Below, in pieces: positions 32,615 through 42,493 of a stretch of DNA of 64,000 nucleotides. Where the stretch lies: NCBI GenBank assembly GCA_963745035.1, contig CAVUVW010000019.1:160001-224000 (forward strand), in the 5' to 3' direction. Positions within the stretch are counted from its first letter, which is position 1. Each line of letters begins with the position of its first letter. A program made the translations under genes and the position numbers. Source of the DNA: an uncultured delta proteobacterium. Its GTDB lineage: Bacteria > Desulfobacterota > Binatia > UBA9968. A model generated the notes under the pieces. It was not told the origin of the DNA and ran no database searches. It saw only the letters and a program-made list of their open reading frames with translations.

Positions 32615-33803
32615 ATGGATGCAGGCACCGCAAAAAAATTGATCGAGAAAAATCTCTCCTACGACGAGGTGAAGCGGCTGACGGTCAAGCTCGTGCAGCA
32701 TGCGAGCCCGCAGACCGAGCTGCTCGAAGCGGAGCCGCAGGTGCTTGGCGCTGATCCGCGACGTGATCAAGCCGGAGCTGGAGCAGTCGGGGCTCAAGCC
32801 GTTCGTCGACAAGATGGGAAATCTGGTCTTGCATCTCAAGGGCCGGACGCGCAGCGACCGGCTGATCCTCGTCGGCTATGCCATGTGCGCGGCGCCGAGC
32901 ACGATGAAAAATCCCTATTCCGGCGAGATCGTCGACGGCGCGCCGTACAAGCTCGCCGGCGAGTGCGTCTGGGGCCGCGGCGCCTGCGAGCAGAAGGGCA
33001 GCCTGGCGGCGATGATGGCGGCGGTCAAATTCATCGGCGCGGCCAAGGTGGAATTGCCGAGCGATCTATATTTCGTCGTGAGCACCGCCGGCGAGACCGG
33101 CAAGCACGATTCGCTCGTCTACGTTTTGGATCAAGACAAGGTCGAGGCGGACTGGTGCATCATCGACGGCCCGCCGGAAATTCAGCTTGGCAACAAGGGC
33201 CGGGTGGATGTGCGTGTCATCGTGCGCGGCAAGCAGTCGCACAGCAGCCGGCCGTGGGAAGGAATCGACGCCATCGCCGGGGCGATGAAAGTTCTGGAGA
33301 AGTTAAAGCCGCTGATGCCGTATCCGGAGACAAAAGCTCACCCGGAGCTCGGCAAAGTGAGCTTGACGCCGAACGCCATCGAGAGCTTCCCGAAGGCCAC
33401 CCACACGATCCAGAGCGAGTGCCGCATCATGTTCGACCGCCGTTTGCTGCCGGGAGACGATCCGAACAAGGCGATCCAGCAAATGAAAGATGCCATCGGC
33501 AAGATCGAACCGTACGAGATCGAGGTGCAGCCGCGCGACTTCATGTATCCGAGCGAGGTAGGGAAAGACGCCGAAGTCGTCGGCGCGCTCGAAAACGGCA
33601 TACGCGCCATGCTCGGCTACGAGCCCAAGTTTTCGTTCTCGACAGCGGCCAACGACACCGGGTTATTCAACTTCCGCGAGATTCAGGCGGTCAACTACGG
33701 CGCGCGGCATATCCAATTCCAGCACACCGATCACGATCTGGTGCCGCTGGACAACGTATTCAATGCGGCCAAGGTTTTCGCGTTTCTCGCTATTCACCGA
33801 TAA
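32615..33803 (+). CDS. M20/M25/M40 family metallohydrolase, frameshift near 32745
   Basis: VDKMGNL, WGRGACEQKG, GNKGR, GKQSHSSRPWEG, FDRRLLPG. Confidence 0.83.
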
Positions 33804-33814
33804 ACGCGGCGTGA

Positions 33815-33906
33815 CGTTCAAGAGTTCAAGGTTCAAAACGTTCCGAAAGACGATTTGAACTTGTTTGAACGGCTTGAACGGAGGCTGTCCGCAGCCGGTT
33901 GAACGG
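33815..33906. repeat. GTTCAA/TTGAAC tandem-inverted repeat between convergent genes
   Basis: GTTCAA x3, TTGAAC x4. Confidence 0.75.
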
Positions 33907-34599
33907 CTACCCTTCTTCGTGCTTTTTCAGCATCCTGACGTAGTATTCCCATAAATTGATCATCGCATCCGGGCGGTAAATCCGCTTGCGCTTGAGCAGC
34001 GCGTCCGCGTCGGTGGCCCAGGAAAACGCGCCCATGGATGCGGCCGTAACTTGCGTCTTAGCGCTGTGCTCGAGCAGCACGCCGCGAATGCAGGCTTCCT
34101 CGATGGAGGGGCCGGCGACGACGATGCCGTGGTTGCGCAGCAGCACGATCTGATGCACGCCGAGCAGCTTTGCCACGCTCACGCCTTGCTCCGCCGTGAC
34201 GATCAGGTCGGAGGACTCCTCGAACTTGTTGATCGCGGGCGGGTAGAAGGCGCAGCTCAAGTTGGTGATCGGCAGCAGCCGATGCTCGGACGATGCGATG
34301 ATCGTCGAGTACGTCGGGTGGGTGTGAATCACGCAGCGGATGTCCGGATTGGTCCGATAAACTTCGCTGTGAATCGGGAACTCGTTGTGGCGCTTGCGCT
34401 TGCCGGCCAAGGTGTTGCCTTCGAAATCGATCAGCACCATATCGTCTGCGGTCGCTTCTTCGAGACCGATGCCCGAGCCTTTGATCCAGTATTGACCCGG
34501 CGTGTCGGTGAGCGCGGAGACGTGGCCATAGATCATGTCGTTGTGGCCTTGCATGGCCAAAACCCGGCACGCAGTCGCAAGCTTCTCTTGTAAAGTCAT
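33907..34599 (-). CDS. Class II aldolase/adducin family protein
   Basis: GHVSA, EFPIHSEVY, VIHTHP, LLRNHG. Confidence 0.9.
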   Translation of the reverse strand: MTLQEKLATACRVLAMQGHNDMIYGHVSALTDTPGQYWIKGSGIGLEEATADDMVLIDFEGNTLAGKRKRHNEFPIHSEVYRTNPDIRCVIHTHPTYSTIIASSEHRLLPITNLSCAFYPPAINKFEESSDLIVTAEQGVSVAKLLGVHQIVLLRNHGIVVAGPSIEEACIRGVLLEHSAKTQVTAASMGAFSWATDADALLKRKRIYRPDAMINLWEYYVRMLKKHEEG

Positions 34600-34629
34600 G
34601 GAGCTTCCTCCGGATGAAAGACGGCGAAT

Positions 34630-35397
34630 TTAACCGAGCAGTAGATTGGCGCCATGGGTGAGGCGCAGGTCGAAGGGTTTTGCGTGCGCCCCACCGCGCA
34701 GCACGGCGGAGTAGGGAGACGGGCCGAAGCGGCGCAGCCAGTCGACCAGCGGGCTTGCCGCGTCGCGCGGCGCGAGGAAATCCAACATATGAGGTCCGGC
34801 GTTGAAGCGCAGCCCTTCCGCGCCGAGCTCTGGCGCGGCGACCGTTTCGCCTGTTGCGCCGAGCAGCGCGCCGTACCAACTTTCGACGTGCGCCAACTCG
34901 CCGACGGCGACGGTGACCTTGGCGATGCCGTTAACGCCATTGGCGTGCTCGAACTCCTGCGGAACCCGCTCCGTTCGCGGCGTCACGTCTTCGATCAAAA
35001 ACGGCGCAACGCCGCGATGGCTTCCGGTTGCTAGCGACAGCAGCCATTTGAGCTCGTAGCCGTCCGGCCGCTTGCGCGACCAGGGCACCGGCTCATTGAT
35101 CGCAACCCCGGCATCTTTGAGCCTTCTCATGTCGCCGCGCAGGTCGTCGGTTTGAAAACAAAAATCGACCAACCGCTCGCCCTTGCTCAGCGGCTCCCAC
35201 CAGCGATGGTCGACAGCCTCGCGGTAAAAAGCGATGAGCTCCAGATAGGAGCCGTCGGAAAACGAGATGAGAACGTTGTGGCTGCCGACGGGATGTTGTC
35301 CGCCGGAAACGACGGTAAAGCCGAGTTGCTCGTAGTCTTTGGCGGCCTGATCGAGCTCGTTGACCACGATAACCAGGTGATCGATACCTTGAATCAT
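34630..35397 (-). CDS. VOC/glyoxalase-like family protein
   Basis: IDHLVIVV, GGQHPVGSHN, YLELI, RKRPDG..LKW, PFLIED, HANG. Confidence 0.88.
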   Translation of the reverse strand: MIQGIDHLVIVVNELDQAAKDYEQLGFTVVSGGQHPVGSHNVLISFSDGSYLELIAFYREAVDHRWWEPLSKGERLVDFCFQTDDLRGDMRRLKDAGVAINEPVPWSRKRPDGYELKWLLSLATGSHRGVAPFLIEDVTPRTERVPQEFEHANGVNGIAKVTVAVGELAHVESWYGALLGATGETVAAPELGAEGLRFNAGPHMLDFLAPRDAASPLVDWLRRFGPSPYSAVLRGGAHAKPFDLRLTHGANLLLG

Positions 35398-35416
35398 AAA
35401 GGATACAGCTCTGAAT

Positions 35417-36427
35417 TTATTCGATATTTACTCGAATCGCCGGAACCACTTCTTCAAGGAATCGTTTAAGATGCTTGTGCTGGTCCCAGGAGGTCATGCG
35501 CAGGGTGATATGCTCGATGCCTGCGGCAAAGTAGGCCTTCAGCTCGTCGACGCACTGCTTTGGGCTGCCGGCGGTGGTGAATCCTTCGACGAATTTCATG
35601 CTGAAGTTCGACGTGTAGTATTTGTCCAGAAAAGCTTTGCTCTCGTCCAGAGCGGCCTGGCGGTTCTCGTTGATGTTGATGTTGTGGTAGAGCGAGCTGC
35701 CGATCTTCGACGGATCGCGGCCTTCTTCTTTCGCCATCGTCTGAATGCGCGTCCATTGCGATTTGAATTCCTCCGGCGTGACTTTGTTGGTCATCCAGCC
35801 GTCGGCGTGCTTGGCGACGCGGCGTAGTCCTTTTTCAACCGCCGGGGATGGCGCGCTGGCGCCGTCCTTCCAAGTGAGGCCGGTGGGGTTGCTGGCGATC
35901 CAGATCGGTAACGGATTTTGCACCGGGCGTGGTTGGATGGTCACGCCTTCGAATTGATAATATTTTCCCTGATGCGACGCTTTTTCTTCGTGAAAAAGTT
36001 TTTTGAGAATGACGATGCCTTCTTCGAGACGGCTGACTCTTTCAGTGTCTTTGATGCCCATGACTTTGTGCTCGAGCGCTTGAGCCGGACTCTGCTCGTT
36101 GGGTCCGCCCAGACAAACCGCCAGCCAGGATCGGCCGCCGGAAATCACGTCAAGGCTCGCCCATTGCTGCGCGAGGAGCGCGGGATGGCGCTGGGGAAAC
36201 GTCGCCATGCAGCCGACGGCAAGCTTGACCTTCTTCGTGATCGCCGCCAGCGCCGAGAGGAGCGCGATGGATTCCAGACGCGGCTTGGCGAGCAGGCTGT
36301 CGCCGACCCATACGGCGCTGAAGGCGCCGGAGTCCTCGCCGCGCTTGGCCATATCGAAAAGTTCCGGAACCGTGACCGCGCCGATGATCACGCCGCGGTT
36401 TGCCAGTGTCAGTCCAAATGACGCCAT
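35417..36427 (-). CDS. LLM class flavin-dependent oxidoreductase
   Basis: VWVGDSLLAKPRLE, ASLDVISGGR, PRPVQ, HADGW. Confidence 0.9.
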   Translation of the reverse strand: MASFGLTLANRGVIIGAVTVPELFDMAKRGEDSGAFSAVWVGDSLLAKPRLESIALLSALAAITKKVKLAVGCMATFPQRHPALLAQQWASLDVISGGRSWLAVCLGGPNEQSPAQALEHKVMGIKDTERVSRLEEGIVILKKLFHEEKASHQGKYYQFEGVTIQPRPVQNPLPIWIASNPTGLTWKDGASAPSPAVEKGLRRVAKHADGWMTNKVTPEEFKSQWTRIQTMAKEEGRDPSKIGSSLYHNININENRQAALDESKAFLDKYYTSNFSMKFVEGFTTAGSPKQCVDELKAYFAAGIEHITLRMTSWDQHKHLKRFLEEVVPAIRVNIE

Positions 36428-36507
36428 AGATCGCCTTTCGCAAAGTCGAAGTTGACTGGGCGGTATATAACACAGCGAACCGCGCAATGCGAAAAGTGCC
36501 GACCGTT

Positions 36508-36592
36508 TCACCGCAGAGGCGCGAAGTTCGCAGAGTCGGAGGTTTCTTTCGAGGGATTTTACACTCTGCGTTCTCTGCGCCTCCGCGGTGAA
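36508..36592. repeat. CACCGCAGAGGCGC-type palindromic element
   Basis: TTCACCGCAGAGGCGCG ... CTCTGCGTTCTCTGCGCCTCCGCGGTGAA. Confidence 0.72.
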
Positions 36593-36686
36593 ATCCTTGC
36601 GCTGCCTGCGGCACAATAGTTGGACTTAACCATAGGCGCGTGTTAGTCCTCGACGAAAATCAATCTGCTTGTGACGGAGAAAGAAA

Positions 36687-38265
36687 ATGAAGGCGAGCTT
36701 TCGCGATTACATCCATACTCTACGAAAGAACGGGGAGCTGCTCGAGATCGAAAAACCGGTCGATTTGCGCAACGTCGCCGCTTTGGTGGCGCAATCCGAC
36801 AAGGCGCTGCTGTTCAAGAACGTGACCGGGATATTCGATGCCGGTAGTGTCCGGCTTGCTCCAGTCGCGCAATCGCATCGCCCTCGGCATGGGCGTCGCT
36901 TACGAAAACATCGCCGAGAAACTCGCGAGCGCGATGGACAAGCCGATAAAACCGAAGCGGATCGCCAATGCGCCGGTAAAAGAAGTCATTCGGACCGGGA
37001 AGAAAGTGGATCTGTACGATTTGCCTGTGCCGGTATTTTCCGTCATGGACGGCGGGCCGATGATCACGGGCGCAGTCGTGATCGCCGAAGACCCCGAGTT
37101 CGGTATGAACGCCGGCATGTACCGGCTGATGCTCAAGGAAAGAAACATCACCGGCATCGATATCGTTACGCCCAACAATATGCGCCGCTTCGCCGAGCGC
37201 GCGCTGGCGAAAAAAAAGCCGCTGCCGATCTCGATCTCCATCGGCACTCATCCGTACGAGCTGGTATCGTCTACATTTAAAGCCAATCTCGGCGTGAATG
37301 AGCTCACCTTCTCCGGCGGACTGCGCAATGAACCGCTGCGGTTGGCGGACGGAGAGACCGTCCCCGTGCCGTGCATCGCCGATGCCGAGATAGTCTTGGA
37401 AGGGGAGATCCTGCCGGAGGGCTGGGTGCATCCCGAAGGGCCGTTTTGCGAGTTCAATCGGCTGATGGGCGGGCTGCACATGAACCCGCGCGTGCGCATC
37501 AAGTCGATCATGCACCGCAAGGATGCGATGTACTATGCGCTGCAGATGCCTTGGGAGAATATCTGGATGAGCGCGCCGATCTACGAAGCGGCGGCGCGGC
37601 GCGTGCTGTTCGAAGCGGGCGTCCAGACTAAAGCGATCAACGTCACTCCCGGCGGCTGCTGCCACTGGCACATCGTCGCGTCGATCAAGAAGGCGCCCGG
37701 CGACGGCAAGAACGCGATCATGGCGCTGCTTTCGATCGCCGATATCAAGCACGTGACGATCGTCGATGACGACATCGACGTGTTCGATCCCGTCGACGTC
37801 GAATGGGCGGTGGCGACGCGCGTACAGGCCGATCGCGACGTGCTCATCGTGCCCAACGCGCGGGCAAAGCCGCTCGACCCATCGTTGCCCCTGCCGATTC
37901 ACGGCAAAGTGCCGACGACGGCAAAGATGGGAATCGACGCCACGATTCCGGAAAATATTCCGGCGGACCGCTACAAGCGCATCGTTTACTTTAATGAAGG
38001 AAAAGTGGATCTGAAAAATTATGTCGGGCATGCCGAGAACGGCAAGAAGCCTGCTGCCGCGAGAACTGCCGAAACCGTCGAAGAGCTCATTGAGAAAATT
38101 GCCTCAACTCTCGAGAAGTCGCATTACTTCTTCGCCGATCTTCTCGATAAATTCCCGAAGGCGGAGTACAAGACCGTCGCGAGCGCCGTCGCGCGGTTGT
38201 ATGAAGAGGGAAGAATCGTGCAGGATAAAGATGGGAAGTTTGAATTGCGAAGCCAAGTAAACTAG
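36687..38265 (+). CDS. UbiD family decarboxylase with C-terminal extension, frameshift near 36830
   Basis: FRDYI...GELLEI, DGGPMIT, NAGMYR, EIVLEG, EGPFCEF, VDDDIDVFD, KMGIDAT. Confidence 0.9.
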
Positions 38266-38266
38266 C

Positions 38267-38962
38267 TCAGAACGTCCTCTCACGCTCCCGGCGCACGATC
38301 GTCAATCCGATCAGCCGAGAGACCACCACGGCGATATAAGCGACGCCGGCGAACTGTTCGAACATCACCAGAACCCGGGCCGCCGAGGTGATCGGCAGGA
38401 TATCGCCGACACCGACGGCCGAAAGATTGGTGAAGCTCAGAAACAAAAGCTCGAGGAAGGTCCGCGCCTGTCCGGAGTTGGTTCCGCCGATGAAGCTCCC
38501 CGGGTACCAAGTCTGGCAGACCAGGTACAGGTAGGCGAAGCCCCACGCGATCAGCGTGAAGGTAGCGCCCGCGGCGAACAACTCGTCGGGGGTCACCCGG
38601 TGATCGCCCATCATGTAGGCAATCAGGCTGCCGGCGGCATAGAAATACAGTGCCGCCTCCAGCAGCGATGACCACGCCAACAAAGCGGGATCGACAATCA
38701 GCGCGGACAGCAGCGACAACACGAACGCCGGGATTGCGATGACCCATGCGATCCAGTCGATCGCCGGGGTGCGGTTGACGACCCAGACCGCCAACAAGAG
38801 GACCAATACGCTGAAAGCTCCGAGCAATGCCCGGCCGCTGTGAGCGCCGTCGAACGCGGCATACAGCGGCAGGCTCAACAATTGCGCGGCAAGCAAGAAT
38901 GCGGATGGGTGATGGCTCGCAAGGGCACGCCGGAGCGAAAACGAAAGGTTCTGGTCATTCAT
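38267..38962 (-). CDS. Ion channel (two-TM potassium channel family) membrane protein
   Basis: Several TM segments; pore-like LSFTNLSAVGVGDILP. Confidence 0.8.
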   Translation of the reverse strand: MNDQNLSFSLRRALASHHPSAFLLAAQLLSLPLYAAFDGAHSGRALLGAFSVLVLLLAVWVVNRTPAIDWIAWVIAIPAFVLSLLSALIVDPALLAWSSLLEAALYFYAAGSLIAYMMGDHRVTPDELFAAGATFTLIAWGFAYLYLVCQTWYPGSFIGGTNSGQARTFLELLFLSFTNLSAVGVGDILPITSAARVLVMFEQFAGVAYIAVVVSRLIGLTIVRRERERTF

Positions 38963-39033
38963 TGCCGCGGGAGCGCAACAAATCGCATGCCGCATTCGGC
39001 ATTTGAACTTTTGAATCCCTGGAGCAGCCTGAT

Positions 39034-39444
39034 TCAGAACATGCTGGGTTGAAGGAGAATGTCGCCGCTCTGGCCGCTGGCGACTCTCAGAATCCGCTGA
39101 CGCTCCGGCATAACAACCACCGCCGTCTCGGATGTGCCGCCGCCGCAAATGCCGTTGGATGTGACGACGACGCTGTGCTCTCCGACGGCTACGAATACTT
39201 CGACCTTTTCCGAGGGCGCCAGGTCGGCGACGGGCACGGCATCGACAAAGACGCGGATCGTGCACGCCGATCCCATGAAGCCGCTGTCGCGCTTTACGAT
39301 CAGGCTCCCCGTATTCGACGCCTGAGCTAACAACTGCGGCGCCAAGATCCGGGAGGCGGGCACCGCCGCCGCTTGGTTGATCGTGACCGGCGTTGTCGCG
39401 CATGCCGTGAATGGAAAAAGCAGAAGTATCGTTAAGTAGCGCAT
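39034..39444 (-). CDS. Hypothetical lipoprotein
   Basis: MRYLTILLLFPFTAC lipobox; VKRDSGFMGSAC; GGAGG-like RBS. Confidence 0.75.
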   Translation of the reverse strand: MRYLTILLLFPFTACATTPVTINQAAAVPASRILAPQLLAQASNTGSLIVKRDSGFMGSACTIRVFVDAVPVADLAPSEKVEVFVAVGEHSVVVTSNGICGGGTSETAVVVMPERQRILRVASGQSGDILLQPSMF

Positions 39445-39562
39445 AGGCCCTCCCGACAAGGTAGGGACATTCATCTCAAAGAAATGATAACGACGCAATC
39501 TACGATGATCGGTCGCCAGCCACGCTTCTTCAGCAAATGCTACACGGTCGCCGGCGCGCCGG

Positions 39563-40363
39563 CTAAACTGTGATTATCTTCGCCTGCTTCTCGATCAGCG
39601 TCCAACCGATTTCTCCCGCAGGTTTGAAATCGCTGATCACCGATTCGTAGATTGTTCGCAAATGGCGCCACGGATTTTCGTCGCGGTAGAAGCGGTGGAG
39701 AAAGAGCATGTCGGTCAACAGGCTGAGCATCCAATTGACGTCCGTCGTGTAGCCGATGACGGCGCGGCAACCGGAGGCCTCGAGAAATGTCTTGGCGAAG
39801 CGCTGGCCGTTACGGCCCTTGAGCACGCTGCATGCCGCGAAGTAGACGAGATTGTTTCTGACGCCGAAGCCTTTGAAGGCGTCGCAGAGCGGCTGCTCGC
39901 CGATCGATTCGAGCACCGATTTTACTGCGCGGGGCGCGCCGTGAAAGGCGAGGTAAAAGATCGGCGCGTCAACGGCGCCCGGATCGCGCCAGAGCAGGCC
40001 TTCGGGTGATGCCGTGTAGTGCGCGAGGCCCCGCTGGGATTCGACGAAGCGATGGGCGAGCTGCAGCGGTGGGTCGTGGAGCGGTCCCATAGACTCGAAG
40101 AAGCCTTTCACGGACATCGTCTGAAAAAGGCGATTGTCCCAGTACGATTCCAGAACGACGAGCTTCGCGGGCACGCGCCGGCCGCGATCGACGCTCGGCC
40201 AAGTCGGATGTCCCGCGCGGGCGCAGGCAGCGAACCATTGCGGCGATTCCTTCGGGCAAGTTTCGACGCAGCAATGGCTGCACACGGTGCTCTTGCCGTC
40301 GTAGCAGGGGAACGATTCCTCAGGTTTGATATCGTGCTTCCAGTAACAGAGGTCGGTGGGCAT
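39563..40363 (-). CDS. Caspase/CHAT-like fold protein (DUF6642-like) with Cys-rich N-terminus
   Basis: FYLAFHG, VYFAACS, AVIGYTTDVNW; N-terminal CYWKH...C...CSHCC...C. Confidence 0.65.
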   Translation of the reverse strand: MPTDLCYWKHDIKPEESFPCYDGKSTVCSHCCVETCPKESPQWFAACARAGHPTWPSVDRGRRVPAKLVVLESYWDNRLFQTMSVKGFFESMGPLHDPPLQLAHRFVESQRGLAHYTASPEGLLWRDPGAVDAPIFYLAFHGAPRAVKSVLESIGEQPLCDAFKGFGVRNNLVYFAACSVLKGRNGQRFAKTFLEASGCRAVIGYTTDVNWMLSLLTDMLFLHRFYRDENPWRHLRTIYESVISDFKPAGEIGWTLIEKQAKIITV

Positions 40364-40378
40364 GGGAGGGTTTAAGAG

Positions 40379-40412
40379 TTGGAGTGATGGAGTATTGGAG
40401 TTGTGGAGTAAT
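40379..40412. repeat. TGGAGT octamer run
   Basis: TTGGAGTGATGGAGTATTGGAGTTGTGGAGTAATG. Confidence 0.7.
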
Positions 40413-40437
40413 GTAAGCGGCAGTGAACTGCGTTCCA

Positions 40438-41291
40438 TCAATACAGCACCGAAGGCAGATAGGCGCCCGCCGGTTCGTTGTAAAGACCGATCGTCATCAG
40501 GGTCAGGACCTGTGACGACGCGCAGGCGTTGGCTCAGGCACCACTGGAATAGCGCGGCATTCCGGAGCGGCACGAGAATACCCGGGCCGGCGAAAGCTGG
40601 CGCGGCGCCGATCAGCGCCATGAGGTCCCGATTGGTCTCGCCGACGGCGTGAGCAAGAAAACCCAGATCGGTCGCGTAGCCGGTCACACGGTCATTGTGT
40701 TCCACGACCGTCGCCGTGCCCAGCTTGATCGCGTCGAGGGTCTCTCCCGCGCGGTCGTGACCGTGGACGGACATGCAGACGCGATTGCACGCTTCAAGAT
40801 CTGACTCGACGGCCCGCCGCACGTGATAGCCGGCGGGCACGTTCCCGATCGCAGATCCTTGCATGCAGGCGATAGACTCGCGAGGGAGAAAACCGAGGCT
40901 TGCATAGAGCGCGAGGGAGCGGCTGTGATAGGCGGACTGTAGCAGCCGCACCCCGGCAAATTTCCGCTCGTCGGCTCGGTCGAGAACGGCCTGCATGAGG
41001 CGGCGACCCGTACCCCGATTCTGAATCTTTGGATCCACTGTAATGGGACCGACACCGGCGATCGGCGAGCGCTCGTCGAGAAAATTGCTGCCGACGACTT
41101 CTCCCCCCGCTTCGGCGACGACGCTGAAGAAGCCCGGATGTGACAGCAGCATCGTGATCAGATCCGTTGCGACTTCCACCGAAGGAAAGTCGGGCGGAAA
41201 GTTATGCTGCCGCGCGATTGCTTCAAACGCCTCATAACAGATTCTGCCGCACGCGCTGCTATCCGTTGGTCTGCCGGGTCGCAAACGTCAT
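40438..41291 (-). CDS. GNAT family N-acetyltransferase, frameshifts near 41285 and 40515
   Basis: VGPITVDPKIQNRGTGRRLM, LYASLGF; true C-terminus LMTIGLYNEPAGAYLPSVLY* in the shifted frame. Confidence 0.85.
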
Positions 41292-41329
41292 AGGGATCTG
41301 AGGATCTTGGGAATTTGCCATCGTTACCA

Positions 41330-41622
41330 TCCTGTTCCAAAATAGACAGTGCTTTGGTAAGTCGAAAAACGGCTTGCCGATAGGCTCCGTTTTCAGCAGT
41401 AAGACTATTGTAACGATTACGTAAATCAAGGAAGGGACCGAGATAATCCGCTTATCTCATGAGTGCAGATGAGTTTTAAAACTGAAACAATCTTCATCTT
41501 GGGTAATATGAGTTCAAGGAGTTTTCGGATCAGTGACCTATCTCGGATGAAAGATTCCGTTGTCAAGGCCGGTAAAAGAAGAATTCGTCTCGCGTATCGA
41601 AATTCAATAGAATATCGCCCAT
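41330..41622 (-). pseudogene. Decayed or truncated third cassette gene
   Basis: GGAGG plus ATG at 41622 just after the attC R' site; fragmented frames (MGDILLNFDTRDEFFFY; ADYLGPFLDLRNRYNSLTAENGAYRQAVFRL). Confidence 0.45.
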
Positions 41623-41647
41623 AAATCCTCCGGTGAGCGATCGTGGA

Positions 41648-41706
41648 GCCTAACGCTTGGGTGAGAAACGCGGTCCACCGCGTCCTTCTCAACCCAATAG
41701 TTAGAC
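41648..41706 (-). mobile_element. attC: Integron attC site (59-bp element)
   Basis: Minus strand: GTCTAAC-TATTG-GGTTGAGA-AGGACGCGGTGGACCGCGTT-TCTCACC-CAAGC-GTTAGGC; R'', 5-nt spacer, L'' with extra base, L', R'; upstream gene stop TAA lies inside R''. Confidence 0.92.
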
Positions 41707-42481
41707 CCCACACTGCTCAATCTGCCCATCAATACATAGGAATCCGGAGTGTCGAAAGTACAGAAGTTCATAATTCGAGGAGAATTCGTAAATCACACCG
41801 ACGAATCGAATCCCAAACCTCGCTGAATAAAAGCCGGACCGCCACTAAGACCACCAAGATCCGCGAGGTGATCTGTCCCTCTATTATCAAGCACTTGAAC
41901 CCAGTACTCACGGCCAAGTGTTTTTCAGATCGGGAATTGCCGGCTTAACCCGCTGTCACAGCTTATTTCGGAAGACAAAAATCTAGATCTGGCCGTTATT
42001 GGGCTTCGAGACGATCAAGCCAAAGAGATTACGGAAGATGGCGAGATTGGATCGTCGTTTTTCCGTCCGATTCTTGGCCCCCAAAGCCAGTGGCGAAGGG
42101 TGACTTCATCGCGTTTGGGGGTTTTCCCGGCCAATGGCGTTCACAGTTGCATTCTGATGCGCTGGAGTTTGGAACGTACGGGATCGGCGCTTCTGGCGTC
42201 ACCACGGTAAGCGACGCTTATTTCGTATCGCAGTTCGAGCGTCCCTGTCGCAGTCGTTCTCTGAAAGAAGTAATCACGTGCGAACACGTGATCGCGAGGG
42301 GCCCATTTCCAAAATCTATAAGGGAGGCCGTACCGTTGTTGATTCTTGCAGGCGCATGCGGCGACGGGAGATCGCCAAAGAGGATTGCCTTTGCAAAGCG
42401 CAATGGAAACTTGGACATCTCTCGGCCCAGAGGACCTGCGGCCAACTTCTTTGCTTCCTCAGGGGAAATAGTTGATGACAT
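41701..42481 (-). pseudogene. Trypsin-like serine protease cassette gene disrupted by an internal inversion (41913..42239)
   Basis: ITCSHV (His) on minus strand 42242-42481; DLAVI (Asp) on PLUS strand 41911-42241; GGLSGGP (Ser) on minus strand 41701-41910; both junctions in frame after re-inversion. Confidence 0.85.
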
Positions 42482-42493
42482 TCTTATTACAAG

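Noticed and set aside
39034-39560. Further integron cassette carrying the lipoprotein gene
   Set aside because: Only a lone GTTATCA upstream; no pairing arms or closing attC found
39563-41284. 573-aa GNAT-caspase fusion ORF
   Set aside because: A one-base insertion near 40515 bypasses the GNAT's own C-terminus and stop at 40438; the apparent linker is a translated TGGAGT repeat
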